Source: Spirochaetota bacterium (GTDB lineage: Bacteria; Spirochaetota; UBA4802; UBA5550). Taken from it: 64,000 nucleotides of DNA. This document shows, one piece after another, positions 28,568-39,267 of the stretch. The notes under the pieces were generated by a model. It was not told the origin of the DNA. It did no database searches and was given only the letters and a program-made list of their open reading frames with translations. Each line of letters begins with the position of its first letter. Within the stretch, counting starts at the first letter, position 1. The position numbers and the translations under genes are program-made. Location of the stretch: NCBI GenBank assembly GCA_963664815.2, contig CAXXHB010000003.1:2304001-2368000 (forward strand), written 5' to 3'.

Positions 28568-31411
28568 CTATATTTTTTCCAGTTCAATAACCTTTGTCGC
28601 CATCTCGCGGAATGTCGCATCATGAGTAACCACAAGAGCCTGTTCAAGACCTTTAAGCATTTCATAAAGGGAAAGGCTTAATGCCTCCCTTTTCTCCGCA
28701 TCAAGGTTAATTGTCGGTTCATCAAAGATTACAAAACGGCAGTCTGTCATTTCAGACGCAAGTGCAGACCTTATTGAAAGTGCAACAGCCACCTGCTCAC
28801 CCCCCGAAAGCATATTATAGCGCCGTTTACCGGCAGATGATGCTATCGAAACAAGATACTGCTCCTCGTCATTCTCCCAGAGTATTCTCTCACCCCTGCC
28901 TGTCATTCTCTGAAAGTTTACTGTCGCGGCAGCCGCGATCATTTTTGTCCTTCTTTCAGATATATAGGGACCGAGTATTTTAATATTTTCGCGGAAAGTA
29001 ATTGCAGCATCCCTTTTCCTGTTAATCTCATCAATCTCCCTGCTCTTCAGTTCAATTTCAACCTCGAGCTTTTTATTCTCCTCCATCTCCCTGGATGCTA
29101 TATCAAATGCAGATTTCAGACTTATAAGACGGCTGTTCACTCTCTGTAATTCATTTTTAAGACCGGAGTATAAACCAACAGCCCTTTCATGATTTTCCGC
29201 GCTGTATACAACAGCATTCTGCTGCTCTATTGCCGATCTCCGTGACTCAAGCAGCCGGTTTATACTTTCATTTTCCCCATTCAATCTCAGACAGAGGTTT
29301 TCCTTTTCTGCTGATTTCTGTGCGGCCCTGCGATACTTCTGATCAAGGGGTTCAAGCTTTTTCAGCTTTTCACCGTTTTCAGCTGATTTTCTCTTCAGCT
29401 CAGTGAGCGGCAACAGATCCGTTTTATACTCTTCCGCCGTTTTTTTCCTGTTTTCCAGTTCATTGCTATATGCTTCAATCTGTTCAACAGTCATCGCCGA
29501 TTCTTCCTCTGCTGAATTAATCCTCCGGGTTGTGTCATTTAAAAATTTTTCTCTTTTTTTATATTCGTCATGTTTATCATGCAACATTTCTGAAATACCT
29601 GAAATCCTTGTACTGATACCTGATACTTCACCCTGCATCTCTGCCGAAGCAGTCATGTAATCATCGTTCTTAATACTTTCAGCATCTTTTCCGCTGATCC
29701 CTGTAAAAAGCTTTGCAATGGCAAGAGAGTATTCAGCCGCGCTCTGCTTACATTCAGACTCTTCTTTCCGGTATCTCATCGCTTCATGAATATTTTTTCT
29801 CAGGGCATTAAGCTGTTCCATCTTTACGCTCCTGCCGCTGCCGCACTTTTTTATCCGTACATCAATATCACTGTATTCTTTCAATTCAGCATCAAGTTCA
29901 GAGATTTTAGATACTATATCATTTTTTTTCGGTTTGAAATAGTCAGAAATGCTCCCTGCATTTTCAATATTTTTACACTGCTCCTTAAGATATGGGCATC
30001 TCAGTTCTGCAAGTTCACGTTCGGCATCATCAAGTTCGGTTAACAGTGTATTATAGTGAGTAATAAAGCTGTTAAGACTGTCACGCTTTACTTTCATCTC
30101 TTCAAGCAGAGAATTCTCCTCTTCATATTCAGTTATCTCTGCCAACAGAATCTCCTCACCGGAAGAAGCCTCCTCCGCTCTTACCGCGAGAACCTCTTTC
30201 CCTGATGATTCCTCACATGCCTGTTTATACTTTTTATACAGATCGTCAAATAATCTTTTCCTTTTAATCAGAGAGGATAGTTCATCCTGATATATAACCT
30301 TATCCTTTTCAAGTTGAACAACTGTTTCCGATAATTTTCCGATCTCCTTACAAATCTCTTCAATACTTAATTTATCACTTTCCGTCTGTTGTTTCAGCCT
30401 TTTAACTTCACCTTCAGCTTCGGCCTTCACCTTTTCAAGTTTTGAAATTTCATCTTTATTCTTATTGAACTCTTTTTCAACCTTTTCCAGTACATATATT
30501 TCTTTTGTAATTATATCCTGTTGTTCTTTAATCTTTTCATATTCATCATGCTGAGGTTTCAGTTCTGTTTCAATAACAGCGGCTTCCTCTGCAGTTTTAA
30601 GATCAGATTTAACAGTTTCTATCTGTTTTTTCCGGTCATCAATCTGTGATGTTATTCCATTTATGCTTATCTGAAGTTTTTCTTTCAGGCTTTTTGCATT
30701 ATCAGATTCCCTGACACTGCTTTCTGCCACATCAATTTTTCTGATAGTTTCAGTACATATCTTTTCTGCTTCACGGTATTCATTTCCGGCATCATCATAA
30801 ATCTTTTTCAGTTCATCAGTATTTTTTAACTGTGATTGTTTAGTCTCAAGTCCGGCTCCGGCGTATGCATTTTTTTTATCATATTGATCACAGACCTGTT
30901 TCAGTATACCCTTATACATCTGCCGGTAAATTTCTGTTCCGAATATCGAGTTGAAAACATTCTCGCGTTCTGCCGGTGTTTCATCAAAAATTGACGTAAA
31001 TCTGTTCTGTGAGGCAACAATCACATTTTCAAACAGTGAGAGATTACCCGAAATGTTTCCTATTAATACATTCACCGTTTTATAAACCTCATTTACCCCC
31101 GTTACAATTTTCCTCGATCCCCCTTCATTAAGCGAAACCTGCCCTGATGGAAACTTTCTTGTTACCTGGTAAGTATTTCTGTCATTCGCAGTAAATTCCA
31201 ATTTTACATAACCTGAAGATTCGTTGATTGTCAGCGTGTCTTCAGCAGTTGATCTGAGCTTCATATTGAAAAGAGCAAATCCTATGGCGTCCAGTATACT
31301 TGTTTTACCGGAACCGTTTTCTCCCAGTATAAGGTTGATCCCCTGCTCGAATTCAAATGAAGATTCTTTATGATTTCTGAAATTTTTCAGTTCAATCCGG
31401 TTAATCCGCAT
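28568..31411 (-). CDS. sbcC: SbcC/Rad50 SMC-type ATPase
   Basis: GENGSGKTS, long coiled coil, central CPYLKEQC, LSGGEQ, IFDEPTINLD, VTHD. Confidence 0.92.
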   Translation of the reverse strand: MRINRIELKNFRNHKESSFEFEQGINLILGENGSGKTSILDAIGFALFNMKLRSTAEDTLTINESSGYVKLEFTANDRNTYQVTRKFPSGQVSLNEGGSRKIVTGVNEVYKTVNVLIGNISGNLSLFENVIVASQNRFTSIFDETPAERENVFNSIFGTEIYRQMYKGILKQVCDQYDKKNAYAGAGLETKQSQLKNTDELKKIYDDAGNEYREAEKICTETIRKIDVAESSVRESDNAKSLKEKLQISINGITSQIDDRKKQIETVKSDLKTAEEAAVIETELKPQHDEYEKIKEQQDIITKEIYVLEKVEKEFNKNKDEISKLEKVKAEAEGEVKRLKQQTESDKLSIEEICKEIGKLSETVVQLEKDKVIYQDELSSLIKRKRLFDDLYKKYKQACEESSGKEVLAVRAEEASSGEEILLAEITEYEEENSLLEEMKVKRDSLNSFITHYNTLLTELDDAERELAELRCPYLKEQCKNIENAGSISDYFKPKKNDIVSKISELDAELKEYSDIDVRIKKCGSGRSVKMEQLNALRKNIHEAMRYRKEESECKQSAAEYSLAIAKLFTGISGKDAESIKNDDYMTASAEMQGEVSGISTRISGISEMLHDKHDEYKKREKFLNDTTRRINSAEEESAMTVEQIEAYSNELENRKKTAEEYKTDLLPLTELKRKSAENGEKLKKLEPLDQKYRRAAQKSAEKENLCLRLNGENESINRLLESRRSAIEQQNAVVYSAENHERAVGLYSGLKNELQRVNSRLISLKSAFDIASREMEENKKLEVEIELKSREIDEINRKRDAAITFRENIKILGPYISERRTKMIAAAATVNFQRMTGRGERILWENDEEQYLVSIASSAGKRRYNMLSGGEQVAVALSIRSALASEMTDCRFVIFDEPTINLDAEKREALSLSLYEMLKGLEQALVVTHDATFREMATKVIELEKI

Positions 31412-32600
31412 CTTTAATCACCCCTGTAAGGTCATCAATCATCCGGTCAACAATTTCAAATGCGTTTGCTTCATTCTGCATCTCAATCTGCAGCTTTTTA
31501 ATCTCCGGAAGGTATAAATTTACTATTTTCCCTGCACTTTCATATGAATACCCTGCTGAAACAAAGTTTTCAGTTTCAATTGATTCAGTTGTTATAGCCT
31601 TTTCCTGATCTGCACCAAAGTACGAACCGGACTCATCATATGTAAATGACACTTTTGCCTTTAAAGCCCCGGCTGACTCAATTTTCCTTTCACACATTAC
31701 AGTATCAGGATAGAGAGAGTCACTTATTCTGAATGAGCATATTACAACCGAATCCCTTTGAATATCCGCAGAAGAGAGCCATAAGTCAAACTCCACGGTG
31801 AAATCATCCTCTCTCCCGGAAAGGAATGTGTGGCTTTTCAGAATTCTGGTTCGTCTTTTTGTACTTATATTATCACGGATACCGGTTTCTGTATCAAAGA
31901 CAATGAAAAACTTTTCATCGCTCTCCGCCATGTCCCAGTATTCAGGAGAACCGGGTACAAAAAAATATGGATCATTTGCAGGGTAGTGACTATATGAATG
32001 AAAATGACCTCCTGCAATATAAGCAACCTTCCCTTTAAATAAATCAATTACACCGGAGGTAACAGTGCCCGGGAAATGATCATTAGAACTTATTGCCGTA
32101 TGCACAAGAACAATATTTGCCTTGTCTGCATCAAGTATCTCAGCAAGAGAACGCGACATGTCTTCTATATAAATTCCCGGATATCCCATTGAATAAAAAT
32201 ATATGCCGTCAATTATAACCGGTTCAAAAAGATAATCATTCTCATCATCAGGTATAACTGATGGCATATAAACAAGTTTTCTGTGTGCCAGATAGTTAAG
32301 CCAGGTGGAGTCACTGCTCCCGCCGCGATCATGGTTACCCTCAGAGATAACTGTTTTAATACCGGATTCATTAAGTTTTAAGAATAACTTTTCCGCACGT
32401 TCCAGTATCTCCGGAGTAATTTCACGACGGTCAAATATATCACCCGATATAATTACAGTGTTAACTGAATTCTCAACAGCGTACTCTGCAATATGGTTAA
32501 ATGAATCAAAGTAATCATTAAACCTGGAGCCGGAATATTCCCCTATCCCGCCGACAGGACGCCTTCCAAGGTGAAGATCGGAACAGTGAAGTATTTTCAT
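31401..32600 (-). CDS. sbcD: SbcD/Mre11 nuclease
   Basis: HCSDLHLG, SGDIFD, GNHD, GHFH, PGSPE; overlaps sbcC. Confidence 0.92.
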   Translation of the reverse strand: MKILHCSDLHLGRRPVGGIGEYSGSRFNDYFDSFNHIAEYAVENSVNTVIISGDIFDRREITPEILERAEKLFLKLNESGIKTVISEGNHDRGGSSDSTWLNYLAHRKLVYMPSVIPDDENDYLFEPVIIDGIYFYSMGYPGIYIEDMSRSLAEILDADKANIVLVHTAISSNDHFPGTVTSGVIDLFKGKVAYIAGGHFHSYSHYPANDPYFFVPGSPEYWDMAESDEKFFIVFDTETGIRDNISTKRRTRILKSHTFLSGREDDFTVEFDLWLSSADIQRDSVVICSFRISDSLYPDTVMCERKIESAGALKAKVSFTYDESGSYFGADQEKAITTESIETENFVSAGYSYESAGKIVNLYLPEIKKLQIEMQNEANAFEIVDRMIDDLTGVIKDAD

Positions 32601-32926
32601 ATAACCTCTGAATCTTTGTTTATCTCATTCATTAAACGTTCAAGTCAAGTATCTTTAACAATTGTCTTTTAATAAAACGTCTGAATTGTATATTTTACCA
32701 ATAATAATCCTGAACTATTTTATTTATTTATTATTTTTCCACTACATCACTCTTTTTTTATAATTATCTGAAAACTGTCAATTCAGCTGCACGGCTTCAT
32801 ATGTATAATAATTCTATTTTTTTACAGTTTAATACGCCGGGAATTCTCGCATTACAATAAAATTTATTTGACTAAAGAATAAACACTTATATAAATTTGA
32901 TCTATTATTTCAATAAGGAGTTTACC

Positions 32927-33922
32927 ATGTTGAGTTATCTTGCAGATTGTGTTACATTCTGCGTCAAATTTATACTTTTATTAGCATCATCACTTCCATG
33001 GACAGGAACGAAACTTGGTCTTGGCGCCTGGGCTCTTATTCTTGTTATAACCGGGATTCTGCTTTATTACCCGGTTTTCTTTGTTCTTTTAAAAAAAGGA
33101 AACAGCAGGGCTATCCTTGTATGGCAATGGTTTTTTTTCGGAATATTTTTCCTACCTACCGCTGTTTACGGCTCAGTACTTCTACATTACGCCTCCGGAC
33201 ATCTCGATTTTTTTTCTAAATCTGTCAGCTGGGTTCAATACTGGGGTGGAGACGGGAAGTCCATTCACTGGTTTTCTCTTCCTACATGGAAGTTTATCGG
33301 CATATGTCTCCTGATCGTCATCGGAGCATGGTTCGCGGCGGTCATGATAGAAAATATCCTTGTAGGATCATGGCGTTTTGATTTCACACAGATGGAAGAA
33401 GATCCACTGATGGTAGATTCAACAATGTGGATCATTTTAGGGGCAGTCGGCGGCGGATTTTACGGATTTTTTGCAATGCTCAACCGGAAGGAAACGTTCG
33501 ATTTTATAAACAATAAAGTGGCATCAGGAAAGTACTCCGGATTTTTTACCTGGCTCATGTTTCTTGCCCTTGTTATTATATTACTTATGTTTCTTTTTCT
33601 TGTGGCAAGGGCTGTTATATCATCCGGAATTTTTGCACCGGCATGGTTAGCCTGCATGCTGCCGGTAGCGGGCACGACTTTTTTCCTGGCTGCTTTTATG
33701 GTACCATTTGTTATCGCTGTTCTTGGTATATATTTTCTTCTAGGGGGACTTGCCGAAGCCGGCAGCGGAAAAGTAAGCCCGACTAATTTCAAAAGCGTTT
33801 CAATGGGCGCACCTCAGCAGGAGGACTTCTGGGCAAAGAACGCGCGTATGCAGGCTTCCGGGTTTGAATACTCTATGACGCAGGCGCAGTGGGTAAATAA
33901 AAATCCCTCTAATGATGACTGA
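32927..33922 (+). CDS. Multi-pass membrane hypothetical protein
   Basis: AAGGAG RBS; about 7-8 TM segments; converges on the kinase operon. Confidence 0.7.
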   Translation: MLSYLADCVTFCVKFILLLASSLPWTGTKLGLGAWALILVITGILLYYPVFFVLLKKGNSRAILVWQWFFFGIFFLPTAVYGSVLLHYASGHLDFFSKSVSWVQYWGGDGKSIHWFSLPTWKFIGICLLIVIGAWFAAVMIENILVGSWRFDFTQMEEDPLMVDSTMWIILGAVGGGFYGFFAMLNRKETFDFINNKVASGKYSGFFTWLMFLALVIILLMFLFLVARAVISSGIFAPAWLACMLPVAGTTFFLAAFMVPFVIAVLGIYFLLGGLAEAGSGKVSPTNFKSVSMGAPQQEDFWAKNARMQASGFEYSMTQAQWVNKNPSNDD

Positions 33923-33950
33923 AAATCAGCGCCTTTGTAATTATAAATAA

Positions 33951-35342
33951 TCAGTCGTGTACCTGGACGAAGAGTTCTTCGTCCAGGTCGTAGAAAAGAT
34001 AAAACGTATTGTTTCCGGCCTTAACAATTCCTGAATTCAGCTGAGCTGCAAATTTCATTCTTTCACCACTGCTGTTAACTGGCGTCAGATCAATACCTCC
34101 GATCCACTTCGGAGCACCTTTCATGACACTGTTCAGATCAGGCATTATCCGTTTATGCATTCTGTTGCTTCGCTGTATCTCCTTTTGCAACAGATTCAGC
34201 ATTCTGGTCACAGTCATATCATCAGGTTCACTTTCAAACAGATTCTCACTTAAATTTTTTGCTTCAAAATGTGCAAGATAATGTAATATACGGCAATAGC
34301 GTCCTGATTCAGAGTGTACAGGAACATGTACAGATTTTGAATTAATGTTCCAGAACCATATAAGTTCCTCTTTTATTTCAGGACTGAAATTTTCAAAAGC
34401 AGCTAATTCTTCAGATGTAAACAGACGCTCATAACGACGAAACATTCTGTAATCACCTGAGAGAAAAAAACAGTTCCCCGTCCATTCCCTGTCAGATTCA
34501 CTGAGAAGACAACGCAGCAGCGGCCTAAGCCCTGCAGTTTTCTTATCACGTGAAGGAAAGGCAAAGACATTCTGAATTGAAGGATAGACATAACACATTG
34601 CAGGGAAAAAATCACTGACAGGTTTTGAGATTTTCTCTTCAGATGCTAAACCTGATTTGCCTATATCAGATACACTGAAATGTTCCGTTTCTATTATGAA
34701 GACTTCATCTGAATTTTTACGCGCCTGCCTCTCAATCTGCCTTAATACCAGCCGTGAATCATAATCCCTGAGATGTTTCTCCGCTGTTTCGATTGTTGAA
34801 ATTGCATCGGCAAAAAGTCCAAGCTCACGTTCAGCCTCAGCTTTTGCAATATAATCACCTGATTCTTCCGCCAAGAAAATTATTCTTTTCAGTGTTTCCG
34901 CAAGATCCAGGGGAAGACAGCTATCCGCCTCTACGGAGGTATATTTTCTCCTGTTATGATTTTGCTCCCACCATAGACGGGTATATAGTATATATTCATA
35001 TCGACGATCAGCGGGTTTTAATTTTCGGCTTTGAGGGAACAGCTCTGTTATAGCTTCAAGGTAACTGATATCATTCTTTTTATCGTCTATGCCTATAAAA
35101 GGGAGTTCCTGGTAATCTTCACTCCCCGGCACCTGTTTTTTTATTTTCGCTTTCGCTATAATAAACCATCTGCTACAATAATGACATAGTTCCACAACCG
35201 GCTCCATCGGATACATAACAGCACTGTAGTACCCGTCAGACCAGAACCTGGCACCAAAAGTATTCCCTGATATTAAGATCTGTTTTCTATACAGTCCTCC
35301 ACAATGAGTACATGATATTATTTCATCCTTTCCGGAACCCAT
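33951..35342 (-). CDS. Hypothetical protein: N-terminal zinc ribbon, TPR-like helices, C-terminal DUF1963/YwqG-like motif
   Basis: CTHC..SGNTFGARFWSDG..CHYC; KAEAERELGLFADA; GAPKWIGG..MKFAAQL..YLFYD. Confidence 0.6.
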   Translation of the reverse strand: MGSGKDEIISCTHCGGLYRKQILISGNTFGARFWSDGYYSAVMYPMEPVVELCHYCSRWFIIAKAKIKKQVPGSEDYQELPFIGIDDKKNDISYLEAITELFPQSRKLKPADRRYEYILYTRLWWEQNHNRRKYTSVEADSCLPLDLAETLKRIIFLAEESGDYIAKAEAERELGLFADAISTIETAEKHLRDYDSRLVLRQIERQARKNSDEVFIIETEHFSVSDIGKSGLASEEKISKPVSDFFPAMCYVYPSIQNVFAFPSRDKKTAGLRPLLRCLLSESDREWTGNCFFLSGDYRMFRRYERLFTSEELAAFENFSPEIKEELIWFWNINSKSVHVPVHSESGRYCRILHYLAHFEAKNLSENLFESEPDDMTVTRMLNLLQKEIQRSNRMHKRIMPDLNSVMKGAPKWIGGIDLTPVNSSGERMKFAAQLNSGIVKAGNNTFYLFYDLDEELFVQVHD

Positions 35343-35345
35343 ACA

Positions 35346-35582
35346 CTATCCTGTGATTTTCACTATTTCTTCAAGACGATTTCTGAGAGTATCTGCTTCT
35401 TTAACATTTCCCTCCGCTTCTGCCTCAATGAGCATACGGCGTACATGTACTTTTTCAGCCCTTATGTTTTTATACTCCTCTTCAAGTTCTTCAAGTGTCT
35501 CAATCTTTCTGATCCGCTCGGACAGATCGCCAGGAAGAATTTCTTTCATCATTTTTTTGAACAAATCATTCTTCTCCGTCAT
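35346..35582 (-). CDS. Small coiled-coil protein, UVR-like
   Basis: EAEAEGNVKEADTLRNRL resembles the UVR motif; 3-nt gaps to both neighbours. Confidence 0.55.
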   Translation of the reverse strand: MTEKNDLFKKMMKEILPGDLSERIRKIETLEELEEEYKNIRAEKVHVRRMLIEAEAEGNVKEADTLRNRLEEIVKITG

Positions 35583-35585
35583 AGC

Positions 35586-35873
35586 TCATACCATTATTTC
35601 ATCAGGTGTTATATCCCCGTTTTCAACAAGCACACGGATTGCACGAAGTGTCCTTTCCTTTCCCTCTTTATATCTTTCAAGATTATCTCGGTTTAATCTG
35701 CCGATCATCAGGATGAGTTCTTTTCTATCTTTTTCACGCATATTTTCCGCAAATAGATGAACAATTTTCTCATCCTTATCAAGAAGAAACCATGCTATAT
35801 CCTCCACATCCAGTTCGCGTATAATTTTTTTAACAGCCGTATCTGCAAAAGAGAGAAGATCATATTCCTGCAT
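35586..35873 (-). CDS. Stand-alone FliG C-terminal-like domain
   Basis: DTAVKKIIRELD.EDIAWFL...FAENM.....L.....IRVLVENGDI parallels FliG-C (D..IQ..LRE......LA.AL....F.NMS.R...IR.L...GEI). Confidence 0.65.
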   Translation of the reverse strand: MQEYDLLSFADTAVKKIIRELDVEDIAWFLLDKDEKIVHLFAENMREKDRKELILMIGRLNRDNLERYKEGKERTLRAIRVLVENGDITPDEIMV

Positions 35874-35934
35874 AATTTTTTCTCAATTCCTTTCCTTCAA
35901 TTATTGTTAAACAACACATTAGATACCGTAATTA

Positions 35935-38900
35935 TCAATTCTCATAGCTTCTGTACATACGATAAACCTTTTCAAATTTTTCAGAGATCGTTGTCATCAT
36001 AAACACTATTGCCATTGGTATTGCCAGCATAACAAGATATGCCGCAATAACCGCTGTACCGTCAGGAAATTTCTCTATTAGCCCGGGGATTAATCCGCCA
36101 GCCGCATATATCTTCTCACTCCCCGGAATCATAGAAGCCGCCCTGTGTCCGAAGGCAACCAGAACAGGGAATAAAACAGGTAATACAAAAATATACAGTA
36201 TCTGCCCCTCAAACCTGTTCAGCGTATTCACCAGTTTAATCCTGTAATTATAAAATGAACCACAGATTATCATCAGAGTATATGCAATAAAAAAATGTGA
36301 AAGTAAAAAAGCTATAAATCCAAGAAGTATCGGTGATAATGAAATCAATCCGGTAATCCTGCTTACGATATCAAAAGAGAAGAACAGCATCAGAATCGTT
36401 ATCCCTTTTATGGCCGATCCTGTTACACTATTTAACAGGTGCCGTATTTTTAAACCTTTCCCGGGATCAAGAATGGATGCTGTATCATTAAACTTTTCCC
36501 TCTTTGCATAGCAATACGCGGTTTCTCCATCCGGGTCTGCAAGCATTATATCAGCCCCGTATTTAATCAGCATCCTTACTATTCCATTATGACCATCTCC
36601 GGCGGCAAGCATAAGCGGAGTACATTCATCAACAGTGGTAAAAACATTTACCCTTGCACCTTTTTTAAGCAACAATTCCACGATTTCGGGTGAAGATTCC
36701 CTTTCTGTGATTTTGGAATGCTGTAATATGGCCCCCATAAGCGGAGTTATGCCATGTTCTTCCCCTCCATTGATATCAACTCCTGCATCTATAAGAGTTT
36801 TTACAGTCTCAAGCGCCTCCCCCTTTTCATCATTTCGTAAAGCATAGTGGAGCAGATTACAGCCATCTTCCAGAATGATCTTCGGATCAGCGCCCTTTTC
36901 AAGCAGAAGTTTAACAATAGTATTCTGTGATTCTGCTGTTGCTGTTTCATCAGGTGATCCCATAAGAAGAAGCTGCAGCGGCGCGTATTCTCTATCTTCC
37001 TCTTTCTGAGGAAGATTCGGATCAGCTCCTCTGTCAAGGAGCATGGAAGCAATTTCAACATTTCTCCAGCATGCAGCAAGACCCAGAGGAATCTGGCCAT
37101 TCAGGGCAGGACTGTTTACATCAGCGCCGTTGTCCAGGAGTATAGATGCCATTTTTTTATTGCCGGTCAGTATGGAACAATTAAGCGGAGTGGTGTCAAA
37201 ATCGAGAAGTTCAGGATGTGCATTCCCGTTGACCGGAAGGCCCTGAGAAATATAGAATTCCATAAGATCAATCCTGTTCCCACAGGCAATAATACAGGCA
37301 TCTTCAAGCCATTTATTATCATTCCATAAAAACAGAACATCACGGCAATTTCTGAATGGAAACATTTTCAGTACTGTAAAGCGCGAAACAGGATGCATGT
37401 TCATAAGACTGTATGTATCATTAATGATGTTTCTCTTTTCAAGCCATACCAGGAGTTTCGAATCGTCAGTCATTATCCCGCTGATAATCTCCTGCCGTAT
37501 TTCAGGATCTGTTTCCAGCGCCAATTCCTCAGGACTGTAGTAATATTTACCGAGTAGTTTTATCCGCCCTTCACCGTTACTCTGAAGACTAAGAATTACC
37601 GTGTTGAGGGCTCTCTCTTCTGTAATCGCGTCTGAATCAAAGAGATCCCAGAAAGAATCAGCAACGGTTTTCCCGTTTTCTCCGCCAACGGCTTCAAGAT
37701 AAAGATAAAACGGCGACAGGGGGTTTTTAAGCTCCTCCTGGTAATAGATATTGTCCTGATGTGTCAACTCGTCAATTTTAACCATGTCATGAGCTTCAGC
37801 CTCAAGCGCATCCCCCAGTTCCTCGGCAGTAGTACACAACCTGCCCTTATGAGAGATAAATGGTTTTCCCGGATCCAGAGTATATATGGCACGTGTAAGC
37901 CCCGCATTTCTTTCATCACTGCCACTGTATAATTCGATAATTTTCTCCATTTCAGTTGAAAGGGCCATATCATTTGCTTTTTCAAGCCATTCCTTGATTT
38001 TCCCCATATACAGATAATCTGCGCCGCGTTCCGGATGCTTTTCAAGAAGCACTGCTAGTTCTGCAGGGGTTGAGAATGTTTCCGTTGAACTGAATGACCG
38101 CTGTTCATAGGGCCGCAGTGTCGAATTGTAGCTGACTGTCAGTTTTTCTCCTGCAATCCATTTTTTTATTTCACTGTACCCCCACCTCTCTTTCGGAAGT
38201 GGGTTTATAAGTCCTTTGATAAGTACAGCAAGATCAGGGTCCATGCCTCCCGGAAATTCAACTGTTTTATCCCGCACCATTGCAGATCTTATTGCGTCGG
38301 GGATCCCCCTGAATGGTTTTTCTCCAAGCCAGAGATGATACATCGTTATCCCGAAAGCAAAATAATCGGCTGCCTTCCCGGCCATAACCTCCGTCTGGTT
38401 TCCAAACCTCATCAGTTCTGGTGCGGCATACTCTTTCGTACCGTTAGCCCTTACAATTGCCTCACCGGTTCCGTTTTTCATCAGGCTGGAAATACCAAAA
38501 TCCGCCAGCACTACAGATGATCTTGTCTGATCTGTAAAATACACATTTTCCGGTTTCAAATCCTGGTATATTATACCGAGTTCATCATGCAGAACACGCA
38601 GACCCTCGGCAATATTTCCTGCCAGCTTTTTGAGCTGAACAATATTGCTTAACGGTCCAATTTCACGAAGATAACTGTCAAGAGGCCCTCCTGAAGCATA
38701 ATCCATTATTTCAAAATCACGTTCTTCAAACTGTCCAAAATCATGTATTCCTATAATCATTCCCGAACGATCAGATCTGATTTTGCTTATAACATCTTCC
38801 GGAAATTTATATCCCTTCCTGTAATGTTTCATTACAAGAGGTTTCCCACCAAGCTCAATTTCATATATTATTGCCTCACCGGAGGAAATGCTGATAATTC

Positions 38901-39255
38901 TTTTTATTATATAGTTTATTCCATTCAGTTGTACAGTTTTCCCCGGTTCAAAAATTTCATCTCCCTCTGTCTGTTTATGCAATAATACCGACTGGCTGTT
39001 CATTATTCTGATGGTTTCCGCATCCTGCTGGGTATCACCTCCGGCTGCGGATGTAATTTTTATTGTTTCAGCGCTGTTATTATCAATACATACAGTTGAA
39101 TCTGCCGAATCTGCAGATTTTTGTTCATCCAGCCTTACTGTCGGCTGGTTTATATCATTGATCCTTACGGTTGCTTCTGCGGAATCATCAGCTTTTATAT
39201 CATCAATCCTTAACGTCGCATTATTAATTCTTACTGTTTTATTATTTTCACTCAT
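35935..39255 (-). CDS. Hanks-type Ser/Thr kinase with N-terminal Thr-motif repeats, ankyrin repeats and C-terminal TM helices
   Basis: SGEAIIY, VMKHY, YQDLKPEN, ADFG, GTKEYAAPE; ankyrin motifs TPL..A, LL..GADVN; about 4 TM segments. Confidence 0.9.
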   Translation of the reverse strand: MSENNKTVRINNATLRIDDIKADDSAEATVRINDINQPTVRLDEQKSADSADSTVCIDNNSAETIKITSAAGGDTQQDAETIRIMNSQSVLLHKQTEGDEIFEPGKTVQLNGINYIIKRIISISSGEAIIYEIELGGKPLVMKHYRKGYKFPEDVISKIRSDRSGMIIGIHDFGQFEERDFEIMDYASGGPLDSYLREIGPLSNIVQLKKLAGNIAEGLRVLHDELGIIYQDLKPENVYFTDQTRSSVVLADFGISSLMKNGTGEAIVRANGTKEYAAPELMRFGNQTEVMAGKAADYFAFGITMYHLWLGEKPFRGIPDAIRSAMVRDKTVEFPGGMDPDLAVLIKGLINPLPKERWGYSEIKKWIAGEKLTVSYNSTLRPYEQRSFSSTETFSTPAELAVLLEKHPERGADYLYMGKIKEWLEKANDMALSTEMEKIIELYSGSDERNAGLTRAIYTLDPGKPFISHKGRLCTTAEELGDALEAEAHDMVKIDELTHQDNIYYQEELKNPLSPFYLYLEAVGGENGKTVADSFWDLFDSDAITEERALNTVILSLQSNGEGRIKLLGKYYYSPEELALETDPEIRQEIISGIMTDDSKLLVWLEKRNIINDTYSLMNMHPVSRFTVLKMFPFRNCRDVLFLWNDNKWLEDACIIACGNRIDLMEFYISQGLPVNGNAHPELLDFDTTPLNCSILTGNKKMASILLDNGADVNSPALNGQIPLGLAACWRNVEIASMLLDRGADPNLPQKEEDREYAPLQLLLMGSPDETATAESQNTIVKLLLEKGADPKIILEDGCNLLHYALRNDEKGEALETVKTLIDAGVDINGGEEHGITPLMGAILQHSKITERESSPEIVELLLKKGARVNVFTTVDECTPLMLAAGDGHNGIVRMLIKYGADIMLADPDGETAYCYAKREKFNDTASILDPGKGLKIRHLLNSVTGSAIKGITILMLFFSFDIVSRITGLISLSPILLGFIAFLLSHFFIAYTLMIICGSFYNYRIKLVNTLNRFEGQILYIFVLPVLFPVLVAFGHRAASMIPGSEKIYAAGGLIPGLIEKFPDGTAVIAAYLVMLAIPMAIVFMMTTISEKFEKVYRMYRSYEN

Positions 39256-39267
39256 CGCTTTCTCCTT

